A stretch of 64,000 nt of DNA from Dehalococcoidia bacterium (lineage in GTDB: Bacteria; Chloroflexota; Dehalococcoidia; Lucifugimonadales; UBA3495): the NCBI GenBank assembly GCA_965220505.1, contig CBDCQE010000001.1, positions 475,082 through 539,081 of the forward strand, in the 5' to 3' direction. Below, in pieces: positions 27,065 to 34,795 of the stretch. The notes under the pieces were generated by a model, which was not told the DNA's origin, did not search any database, and saw only the letters and a program-made list of their open reading frames with translations. The position numbers were made by a program, and so were the translations under genes. Numbering within the stretch: the first letter of the stretch is position 1; each line of letters opens with the position of its first letter.

Positions 27065-27736
27065 CTAAACCTCGTACTCGGCGACTGCGTCGGGGATGAT
27101 CAGTCTAGCACCGGTTACTTCCTGCACGTCTTCAGGGGTCCAACCCGGGGCGGCTTCGTGCAGGACCATGCCCTCCGGCGTTGGTTCCATCACGGCGATG
27201 TCGGTCACGACGAGAGATACGCAGCCACGGCCGGTGAGCGGGAAACTGCACTCTTCGACCACCTTGGGGTTGCCGTTGCGGTCGTTGTGCTCCATGGCTA
27301 CGATGACCTTGTCCGCCCCGGCGGCCAGGTCCATTGCGCCGCCGATGTTGCCGACGCCGCGCTCGGGCAGCATCCAGTTGGCGAGGTCTCCGGTGGCCGA
27401 GACTTGATGCGCGCCTAGAATCGTAACGTCAACGTGGCCGCCGCGGATCATGGCGAAGGCGTCAACGGAGGAGAAGTAGGCCATTCCGGGGACCGATTGC
27501 AGGAATTGGCCGCCGGCGTTGATCAGGTCGATGTCTTCGCTTCCCTCGTCGGCCAGGGGGCCGCAGTTCAAGACCCCACTCTCGCTGTGGTAGAAGACCA
27601 CGCTCTCATCGTCCACGAACATGGATACCAGGGTGGGAATTCCGATGCCGAGGTTTACGCAGGAACCGGCGGGCAGTTCCTTCGCCACGCGCATGGCGAT
27701 GATGGCCCGGTCGAGGCGTTCTTTGTCTGCGGTCAT
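27065..27736 (-). CDS. class I CoA-transferase, subunit B (canonical)
   Basis: 223 aa. VNLGIGIPTLV, the active-site-like FYHSESGVL (PROSITE [LF]-[HQ]-S-E-N-G with N->S), GGHVDVTILGAHQV, GGAMDL. Confidence 0.88.
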   Translation of the reverse strand: MTADKERLDRAIIAMRVAKELPAGSCVNLGIGIPTLVSMFVDDESVVFYHSESGVLNCGPLADEGSEDIDLINAGGQFLQSVPGMAYFSSVDAFAMIRGGHVDVTILGAHQVSATGDLANWMLPERGVGNIGGAMDLAAGADKVIVAMEHNDRNGNPKVVEECSFPLTGRGCVSLVVTDIAVMEPTPEGMVLHEAAPGWTPEDVQEVTGARLIIPDAVAEYEV

Positions 27737-27750
27737 GGCGGATACTCCGG

Positions 27751-29085
27751 TTATTCGTAGCCGGTGAAGCCGTCGGGTCGGCGCACGATGCGCTGAACGA
27801 ATATCCCCGGGGTGACCACAGCTTCCGGGTCCAGTTCGCCGGCCGGCACGATTTCGTCGACCTCAACCACCGTCACCCGCGCGGCCGGGGCCATCACCGC
27901 GTTGAAGTTGCGGGAGGTGCCGCGATAGATGAGATTGCCCCGGGTGTCGGCCTGGTGGGCGCGGATCAGGGCGAAGTCGGCGCGCAAACCATACTCGAGG
28001 ATGTGCTCGCGGCCGTTGATCATGCGGCTTTCCTTGCCCTCGGCGATGAGGGTGCCCGCGCCGGTGGGGGTGTAGAAGGCCGCGATGCCGGCGCCGCCGG
28101 CGCGGAGGCGTTCCGCCAGGGTTCCCTGGGGCACCAGTTCCAGATCGCACTCGCCCCGGCGGTAGGCGAGTTCGAATTCGGAGGGGCGGGACACGGAGGG
28201 GGAAACGGGGAACGACGCAATGGCCTTGGCGACCTGGCCGTTCTCAACCAGCACGCTGTGGTCGATGGCGGTGCGGCCCGGCGGAGTGCCGAAACTTACC
28301 ACGCGGGCGATGCCGGCGGTGTTGCTGACGATGGTGAGGTTACGGCTGCCCCGGTCCCGCAGCGAAACGAGCAGGTAGTGGGCCATGCCGCCCGGGCCGC
28401 CGAATCCATCGATGAAGACGGTAGCGCCGTCGGGCAGATCCGCGATAGCGGACGGGCCGTCGGCGTGGACCTTGCCGGGAGGCCGGCCGGGTGGGAGGTC
28501 GAAGTCCATGTCGCGGATATTCGGAGAAACGGAGACGGGCGCTCCGGTGATGGCGCGAACATCCTCGACGCTCCATCCGGGGGCAACCTCGGTCAGCGTG
28601 AGTGCAGTGTTGGACACACGGAACACGGCGGCGTCGGTGATGATGGTGTCGACGCAACGCACGCCGTCCGGTGGAAAGGACAACGCGGAGACGACGTTGG
28701 GCGTTCCGTCCTCTCGGGCGTGAGGCAGGACGGTGACGACGCGGCGGGCTCCGGATGCCAGGTCGACCAGGCCGGCATGTCCCTGTGGTCCGGGGTAATC
28801 GGCGGCGTGGTAACCGGCGAAGCTTCCGTTGGAGTCGACCTGCGCGGCGGTCAGGATTGACAGATCGACATGGCCCCCGCGCAGCGCAGCGCCGGCATCA
28901 GCGGCGTTGATGGGCAAGTCGGAAAGGGTCCCGCCGGCCCGCAGGAACCACACGCCCTTTTCTTCGGGAACTAGGTCGGCCGCCGCGATTGCCCAGTCAC
29001 CGCTGACGGCGACCACCGATCCCGGGGCAATCTCGGCGGCGGCCCGTCGGGCCACGCTCTGGGCATCCAGTCTCTCAAGCGTCAT
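27751..29085 (-). CDS. fused class I CoA-transferase: N-terminal divergent B-like module plus C-terminal canonical A module
   Basis: 444 aa. Residues 1 to ~195 align to subunit B (GGHVDLSILTAAQVDSNG, VDLASGARRVV, ITDAAVF). Residues ~205 to 444 align to subunit A (DLPDGATVFIDGFGGPGG, LELVPQGTLAERLRAGGAGIAAFYTPTG, DFALIRAHQADTRGNLIYRGTSRNFN). Confidence 0.85.
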   Translation of the reverse strand: MTLERLDAQSVARRAAAEIAPGSVVAVSGDWAIAAADLVPEEKGVWFLRAGGTLSDLPINAADAGAALRGGHVDLSILTAAQVDSNGSFAGYHAADYPGPQGHAGLVDLASGARRVVTVLPHAREDGTPNVVSALSFPPDGVRCVDTIITDAAVFRVSNTALTLTEVAPGWSVEDVRAITGAPVSVSPNIRDMDFDLPPGRPPGKVHADGPSAIADLPDGATVFIDGFGGPGGMAHYLLVSLRDRGSRNLTIVSNTAGIARVVSFGTPPGRTAIDHSVLVENGQVAKAIASFPVSPSVSRPSEFELAYRRGECDLELVPQGTLAERLRAGGAGIAAFYTPTGAGTLIAEGKESRMINGREHILEYGLRADFALIRAHQADTRGNLIYRGTSRNFNAVMAPAARVTVVEVDEIVPAGELDPEAVVTPGIFVQRIVRRPDGFTGYE

Positions 29086-29091
29086 GGCGGG

Positions 29092-29775
29092 TTATCCGGT
29101 GGGCGCCGAGCTTGCCCGGACGATACGGTTGACAAAGATACCCGGCGTGATTACGAGTTCCGGGTCGATACCACCCGGTTCGACGACTTGGTCGACCTCA
29201 GCGATGGCCACTCGGGCGGCGGAGACGACGGCGGAATTCCATCCTCTTTGAGGCCCCTCGTACGCCAGGTTGCCCACGCCGTCGGCGCAAGCGGCGCGGA
29301 TCAGCGCGAAATCCCCGCGCAGGGGGGGCTCAAACACACATTCGACCCCATTAACCATCCTGGTTTCTCTTCCCTCGGCGAAGCGGGTTCCGATGCCCAC
29401 CGGCAGGAACACGCCACCGATGCCGGCGCCTGCCGAGCGCATGCGTTCCGCCAGCGTGCCCCACGCAACCACGTCGACGGTCATGATGCCGGTGCGCCAG
29501 AGTTCGTGGACCGGATCGTCGCGGCGGCCGGTGAACGGCGCCGGTGAAATAATCCGGGATACGCAGCCGGCGGACACCAGGCGGTGCAGAGCCTCCGCGC
29601 CGTAGTAGTTCGAGTCGCAGACGCAGGTCAGATTCCTGACGCCCCGGTCTGCCAGCGCACTCAGCAGCCCGGCGGGAGCGTTGACACCGCTCACCCCGCC
29701 GACAAGGACGGTTGCGCCGTCCGGTAGGTCGGCAACGGCCGCCTGAGCGCTGTCGTATAATTTGCTGAATGCCAT
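29092..29775 (-). CDS. class I CoA-transferase, subunit A-like (divergent)
   Basis: 227 aa. DLPDGATVLVGG, WGTLAERMRSAGAGIGGVFLPVG, DFALIRAACADGVGNLAYEGPQRGWN, ITPGIFVNRIV. Confidence 0.82.
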   Translation of the reverse strand: MAFSKLYDSAQAAVADLPDGATVLVGGVSGVNAPAGLLSALADRGVRNLTCVCDSNYYGAEALHRLVSAGCVSRIISPAPFTGRRDDPVHELWRTGIMTVDVVAWGTLAERMRSAGAGIGGVFLPVGIGTRFAEGRETRMVNGVECVFEPPLRGDFALIRAACADGVGNLAYEGPQRGWNSAVVSAARVAIAEVDQVVEPGGIDPELVITPGIFVNRIVRASSAPTG

Positions 29776-29882
29776 GACGGGGTTCCGAGAGCGGACGCCA
29801 TTTTAGCCCAATCCGCCGGCCGGATAAAGCAAGAGCGATACGGCGAAAGGCGGGTCTGGAGCCCGGCAGGCATACTGATCCA

Positions 29883-30665
29883 ATGCGGTACCGCCACATC
29901 AACTGCGAAAAGACGAGGTTTCAGGCGACGATTACGTTGCCGGGCCATGCGTCCGACGTCACGGTTTATGAGGCAGTTGCAGAGGAGATTTCGGACTGCT
30001 GCCAGGAACTGAGCCTGGAAGACGACCTGCGGGTCGTGTCCATCGTCGGCCAAGGCGACAGGTTCGCGACGGGTCGCCAGGCGTTACCCGACGAATTACG
30101 TGATGCTCCCGCGACCCAGCGCCTGGCGTGGCTGGAACGGATGAGTCCGGCGAACGCCCTGGCACGCTTGCCCATGCCGGTGCTCGCGGTTTTGAATGGC
30201 GACGCCATGGCGCATGGTCTGGAGATTGCCCTGGCTGCGGACCTGCGGGTCGCAACGGAAGATGGGCGACTGGGAGCGGGAGAGGCTGATCGAGACGGGT
30301 TTCCGTTTGACGGGATGACGCAGCGGCTGCCGCGGCTGGTGGGGCCGGCGCTGGCGCGGGACATGCTGCTGACGGGTCGAACGCTCTCTGCCCTCGAAGC
30401 ATCGGATGTTGGGCTCGTCAACCGGGTGGTTTCACGCGACGCGCTGGACGAAACGGCTGGCCGGATAGCGGAGCAAATCATCGCCGCGGCGCCAATCGCC
30501 GCGCGATACGCGAAGGAAGCGGTTGGGGCCGCCGGCGACCTGCCGCTGGCACAGGGTCTGCGGCTGGAGGCCGACCTGAGCATCATCCTGCAAAGCACCG
30601 ACGACCGGGCGGAAGGTTTGCGGTCGTTCGCCGAAAAGCGAGCGCCGCGCTTCACCGGGCACTGA
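29883..30665 (+). CDS. enoyl-CoA hydratase/isomerase-family protein (divergent; start uncertain)
   Basis: 260 aa with crotonase fold (VLAVLNGDAMAHGLEIALAADLRVA, EGLRSFAEKRAPRFTG). The usual FCAGAD oxyanion motif reads FATGRQ. Confidence 0.8.
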   Translation: MRYRHINCEKTRFQATITLPGHASDVTVYEAVAEEISDCCQELSLEDDLRVVSIVGQGDRFATGRQALPDELRDAPATQRLAWLERMSPANALARLPMPVLAVLNGDAMAHGLEIALAADLRVATEDGRLGAGEADRDGFPFDGMTQRLPRLVGPALARDMLLTGRTLSALEASDVGLVNRVVSRDALDETAGRIAEQIIAAAPIAARYAKEAVGAAGDLPLAQGLRLEADLSIILQSTDDRAEGLRSFAEKRAPRFTGH

Positions 30666-30679
30666 GGAATCGTGAGTAG

Positions 30680-31222
30680 ATGACGGTACGATTGGACATA
30701 CATACCCACGTGGGCGAGATGTTCGGCTTCCAGGAACCGACTCCCGAGATTGCGGAGACCATCATCACGCAGATCAAGGATGCCGGATTGGATGGCATCG
30801 CGGTCACGGATCACTGGCGGCGGGATTGGGGCACGGCGCTGTACCGGGTGGTAGAGCGGCATTTCCCCAACGAGGTGATCATCATCCCCGGCCAGGAGAT
30901 CGACGTCCGTCCTGCGATCAGCCCATTCGACGAGTACCACTGCACGGAACTTTACCTGCCCGGCGGGCGGCTGTTTCGCACCTACTGCCACCCGGGGTAC
31001 TACACGCCCAACATCGTGATTGAAGATGGGGTCCACGGGATTGAAGTTGCGAATCACCACCACGACTGGCACATTCGCCGTCCGGTGGCGGAACGGGTTG
31101 CCGAGCAGCACGATCTGCTGACGTTTTCGGTGAGCGACGCGAACGTGCTGTCTGAGATCGGGGCGTGCAGCACTGAGGTTGACCTCGAGGAAATGATGCG
31201 GCGTGCGATCCCGCTGGACTGA
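30680..31222 (+). CDS. small PHP-domain metal-dependent phosphoesterase-like protein
   Basis: 180 aa. LDIHTHVGE (HxH), AVTDHW, GQEIDV, YCHPGY, EVANHHHDWH. The final motif reads SVSDAN rather than D-x-H. Confidence 0.6.
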   Translation: MTVRLDIHTHVGEMFGFQEPTPEIAETIITQIKDAGLDGIAVTDHWRRDWGTALYRVVERHFPNEVIIIPGQEIDVRPAISPFDEYHCTELYLPGGRLFRTYCHPGYYTPNIVIEDGVHGIEVANHHHDWHIRRPVAERVAEQHDLLTFSVSDANVLSEIGACSTEVDLEEMMRRAIPLD

Positions 31223-31234
31223 GGGCGTGATTCA

Positions 31235-31954
31235 ATGAGTGATGCGTTCGGCACCATCATCTTCGAGAAGGAGGGCAGCGTCGCGCACGTAGCACTGAAC
31301 CGTCCGGATCGCCTGAACGCCTACTCGGTGGCGATGCGGGACGACTTTGCCGAGGTGCTTGAGGCGGTGGAGCAGGACGACGAAATCGGCGCGCTGCTGA
31401 TCACGGGCAAGGGGCGAGCTTTCTGCGCCGGCGCCGATCTGAGCGAGTTCGGCACTGCCCCGTCTCAGGTTCTAGCCCGTAACGCGCGCTGGCAAAGGGA
31501 CGTATGGGGACAGCTGATCGGGTTGGACAAACCAATCGTGGTGGCGGTACACGGGTATTGCATCGGTTCGGGGGTGGAGATTCTGCTGCTGGGAGACTTG
31601 CGCATCGCGGCGTCGGACACGGTTTTCGCGATGCCCGAGGTGCAATTGGGAATGATCCCCGCCGCCGGAGGGAGCCAAACGCTGCCGGCCAACGTGGGGC
31701 CGGGGATTGCGCTGGACCTGCTATGCACCGGGCGACGCTTCGGAGCGGCCGAGGCGTTGGGCTACGGAATGGTCAGCCGGGTGGTGGAGCCCGAGAATTT
31801 GGAATCGACGGCCTGGGAGATCGCCAACCAATTGTCGGAGCTGCCGCCCGGATTCACCTCCGGGTTGAAGCGCGCATGGAGCGAGGGAATTGAAATGCCG
31901 CTGGACGCCGGACTGGCGCTGGAAACGCGAATAGCCGCCGGGGCCATGGGCTAG
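31235..31954 (+). CDS. enoyl-CoA hydratase/isomerase-family protein (canonical motifs)
   Basis: 239 aa. VALNRPDRLNA, GKGRAFCAGADLSEF, AVHGYCIGSGVEILLLGDLRIA. Confidence 0.9.
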   Translation: MSDAFGTIIFEKEGSVAHVALNRPDRLNAYSVAMRDDFAEVLEAVEQDDEIGALLITGKGRAFCAGADLSEFGTAPSQVLARNARWQRDVWGQLIGLDKPIVVAVHGYCIGSGVEILLLGDLRIAASDTVFAMPEVQLGMIPAAGGSQTLPANVGPGIALDLLCTGRRFGAAEALGYGMVSRVVEPENLESTAWEIANQLSELPPGFTSGLKRAWSEGIEMPLDAGLALETRIAAGAMG

Positions 31955-31986
31955 CCACCGGCGAGGAATCTCAGCATGGAGAAAGG

Positions 31987-33543
31987 ATGAACACGACCGA
32001 ATTTCTCATGATCGCGTCGGCGATCGTTCCGGAGCGAACAGCCATCGTCTTTGACGGTGACCACATCAGTTTCGAGATGTTGCAGGAGCGGGTGAATCGC
32101 CTGGCCAACGCGATGTCCGAGCTGGGGATAGGCCAGGGCGACCGGGTGGCGGCGATGCAGACCAACTGCCATCACCTGATCGAACTCTACTTTGCGGCCG
32201 CGCAGTTGGACGCGATCTACGTGCCCATCAATTTCCGCGCCAAAGAGGACGAACTGGCGACCATGCTGGGTATTGCGCAGCCTGACCTGCTGTTCCTGGG
32301 CGAACGCTACCTGCCGCTGGTCCCGGCGGACGGTTCGGTGCCTGGCGAACGCATCGTTATGCTCGACGCGCCGGCGACCAACGGCGGTTACGCCTACGAC
32401 GACCTGCTGGCTAACGCTGACCCGGATCAACTCCACTTCCCTGAGGACGACGAGGACGCCACGACGGTGATCATGTTCACGTCAGGTACCACCAGCGTGC
32501 CCAAGGGCGCGCAGCTGACGCACGACAGCTTTGGCACATTCCTGCTCACCAACGTTGAACCGGCGGACCCGGACGTGGAGGAAACCAACCTGCTGACGGT
32601 GCCGATGTATCACGTAGCGGGCTTGCAGGCGGCGTTGGCGGCGGTTTTTGGAGGCCGGACGCTGGTGGTGATGCCTCAGTTCGACGCTGAGCGGTGGATG
32701 AGGCTGGTGGCGGAGCATCGCGCGAACCGGGCGATGCTGGTACCCACCATGTTGAAGATGGTGATGGACCATCCGAATTTCGACGATCACGATTTGACCT
32801 CCCTGAGCGTGATCACATACGGAGCGGCGCCCATGCCCTTGCCGGTGGTAAGGCAGGCGATCGACAAATTCCCCGGCACACGGTTCATCAACGCCTTCGG
32901 CCAGACCGAGACAGCATCCACGATCACCATGTTGCCGCCGGACGACCACGACCTCACCGGGTCGGCGGAGGAGATTGAAACCAAGATGCGGCGGCTCACA
33001 TCCATCGGCAAGCCTCTGGATGACGTCGAGGTGATGATCGTCACGGAAGACGGCGACCCGGTGGCCGACGGAGAGGTGGGTGAGATTGTCGCGCGTGGCC
33101 CGCGAATGATGACCGGCTACTGGGGTCAGGAAGATGCCACCCGGGACACGCTGAAAGGCGGGTGGCTGTACACCGGGGACCTGGCCTGGCAGGACGAGGA
33201 CGGCTATATCTATCTGTCCGGGCGGGCGCGGGATTTCATCAAGCGGGGCGGCGAAATGGTCTCTCCGGAGGAAGTGGAGACGATCCTGGCGGAGCACCCG
33301 GGGGTCGCCGATTCGGCGGTGATCGGGGTGCCCGACGTCCAGTGGGGAGAAGAAGTGCGGGCGGTGGTGGTGGCGTCGGACGAGGCGGTCTCCGAGCAGG
33401 AGTTGATTGAGTTCTGCCGGGACCGGCTGGCCGGGTTCAAGCGGCCGCGGTCGGTGGTGTTCGTGGACGAACTGCCCCGCAACGTGATGGGCAAGGTGCT
33501 GAAACGGGACCTGCGGGCGGAATTCGGGGATCCGGTTTCCTGA
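31987..33543 (+). CDS. AMP-dependent acyl-CoA synthetase/ligase
   Basis: 518 aa. AMP-binding motif MFTSGTTSVPKGAQLTH, YGAAPMP, GQTE, TGDLAWQDEDGYIYLSGRARDFIKRGGEMV, and C-terminal GKVLKRDLR. Confidence 0.93.
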   Translation: MNTTEFLMIASAIVPERTAIVFDGDHISFEMLQERVNRLANAMSELGIGQGDRVAAMQTNCHHLIELYFAAAQLDAIYVPINFRAKEDELATMLGIAQPDLLFLGERYLPLVPADGSVPGERIVMLDAPATNGGYAYDDLLANADPDQLHFPEDDEDATTVIMFTSGTTSVPKGAQLTHDSFGTFLLTNVEPADPDVEETNLLTVPMYHVAGLQAALAAVFGGRTLVVMPQFDAERWMRLVAEHRANRAMLVPTMLKMVMDHPNFDDHDLTSLSVITYGAAPMPLPVVRQAIDKFPGTRFINAFGQTETASTITMLPPDDHDLTGSAEEIETKMRRLTSIGKPLDDVEVMIVTEDGDPVADGEVGEIVARGPRMMTGYWGQEDATRDTLKGGWLYTGDLAWQDEDGYIYLSGRARDFIKRGGEMVSPEEVETILAEHPGVADSAVIGVPDVQWGEEVRAVVVASDEAVSEQELIEFCRDRLAGFKRPRSVVFVDELPRNVMGKVLKRDLRAEFGDPVS

Positions 33544-33580
33544 TAGTGAAAGCATACTGCGAGGCTGCGGAGGTAACGGT

Positions 33581-34516
33581 ATGGACATAGCGGTAATGGG
33601 CGCCGGCGGCGTGGGCGGATACTTCGGTGGGCTGTTGGCGCGGGCCGGTCACAACGTGACCTTCATCGCCCGGGGGCCGCACCTGGAGGCGATCCGGAGC
33701 AATGGCCTGAGGGTGGAAAGCGGCAACGACGGCATATTCACGGTTCCCGGCAATGCCACCGACGATCCGGCGTCGGTGGGTCACCAGGAGTTGGTCCTGT
33801 TCGCGGTGAAAATGTACGACAACGAGGATGCGATCCACGCCATCGGGCCGATGGTTGGGCCGGACACGGTTGTGCTGACGCTGCAGAACGGCATCGACAA
33901 TGGCGAGCGGTTGATGGAAGTGTACGGCGCGGACCGGGTGATGATCGGTTCGGCGTATCTGGAAGGCCGGATCAGCGAACCCGGCGTGGTGACGCAAGGC
34001 GGGCCCGGCGCGGCGTCGTTCGGCGAGAGGACCACCGGTATCACGGAACGCGGGGAACGGCTTTACCAGGTGTTTCGCGACGCGAACTGGCGGGTGGATT
34101 TGCTGGAGAACATGACCGGGATGTTGTGGAAGAAATTCGCGTACCTGTCGGGATCGGCGGGCGTGTGCGCGGCCAGCGGGTGCGCCTATGGGGAGTTGCG
34201 GACGGTTCCGGAGACCCGGGCTGCCATCGAGGCGGCGGTTGCCGAGGCGCTGGCCGTAGGTGAGGCGTCCGGCGCCCCGTTGGAACCCGACTCGCTGGAA
34301 TGGTCGATGAACGCGCTGGACAACTTCCCGGCAACGGGGATGGCGTCGCTGGCCAAGGACTTCGCCGAAGGCCGGCCGGTGGAACTGGAGGGGCTGACCG
34401 GGACGGTGATACGGATGGGTCGGGACCTTGGCGTGGCGACCCCGGTGAACGATGCGTTGTACGCCGTATTGAAACCGAGGGCGAACCGGATCGAGGCGGA
34501 GATGAGACGGGGTTGA
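33581..34516 (+). CDS. 2-dehydropantoate 2-reductase (ApbA/PanE) family oxidoreductase
   Basis: 311 aa. IAVMGAGGVGGYFGGLLARAGHNVTFIAR Rossmann N-terminus, LQNGI, and KPR C-terminal domain (SLAKDFAEGRPVELEGLTG). Confidence 0.85.
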   Translation: MDIAVMGAGGVGGYFGGLLARAGHNVTFIARGPHLEAIRSNGLRVESGNDGIFTVPGNATDDPASVGHQELVLFAVKMYDNEDAIHAIGPMVGPDTVVLTLQNGIDNGERLMEVYGADRVMIGSAYLEGRISEPGVVTQGGPGAASFGERTTGITERGERLYQVFRDANWRVDLLENMTGMLWKKFAYLSGSAGVCAASGCAYGELRTVPETRAAIEAAVAEALAVGEASGAPLEPDSLEWSMNALDNFPATGMASLAKDFAEGRPVELEGLTGTVIRMGRDLGVATPVNDALYAVLKPRANRIEAEMRRG

Positions 34517-34570
34517 CGCGCCCAGGCATCTTGGGCGGCAAAGCGTGGCCGTATTGGTGCGTTGGAGGGG

Positions 34571-34599
34571 AAGCGCCGGTAGAAATCCGGCGCTTTTTT
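34571..34599 (+). terminator. rho-independent terminator
   Basis: aagcgccgg-tagaaat-ccggcgctt followed by a tttt tract, 55 nt after the KPR-family stop. Confidence 0.75.
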
Positions 34600-34663
34600 G
34601 TGGAACTGATGCGGTTATTGTATGGCGCTTGTATCGTTTGATTGACTACGAGAATCGTATGAC

Positions 34664-34693
34664 TGTGAAATATTTCACGTGAAATCATTCACA
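34664..34693. promoter_or_regulatory. 30-bp near-palindromic operator-like site
   Basis: tgtgaaatatttcacgtgaaatcattcaca contains the perfect 14-bp palindrome gtgaaatatttcac (34665-34678) and a second GTGAAAT half-site. It sits in an AT-rich spacer just upstream of a -35 box. Confidence 0.5.
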
Positions 34694-34703
34694 ATATTGC
34701 GTC

Positions 34704-34732
34704 TTGACACTGTTAATGCGCGTTGCTAGGCT
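34704..34732 (+). promoter_or_regulatory. candidate promoter of the ABC-transporter operon
   Basis: TTGACA (34704-34709), 17-nt spacer, TAGGCT (34727-34732). The same TTGACA-N17-TAGxCT layout occurs upstream of metH. Confidence 0.4.
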
Positions 34733-34795
34733 TGCGCCCACTGAAGTCCGACAACCGCTTAACTAAACGACATTCGTTGTTGCAGGGGGGTTAGT

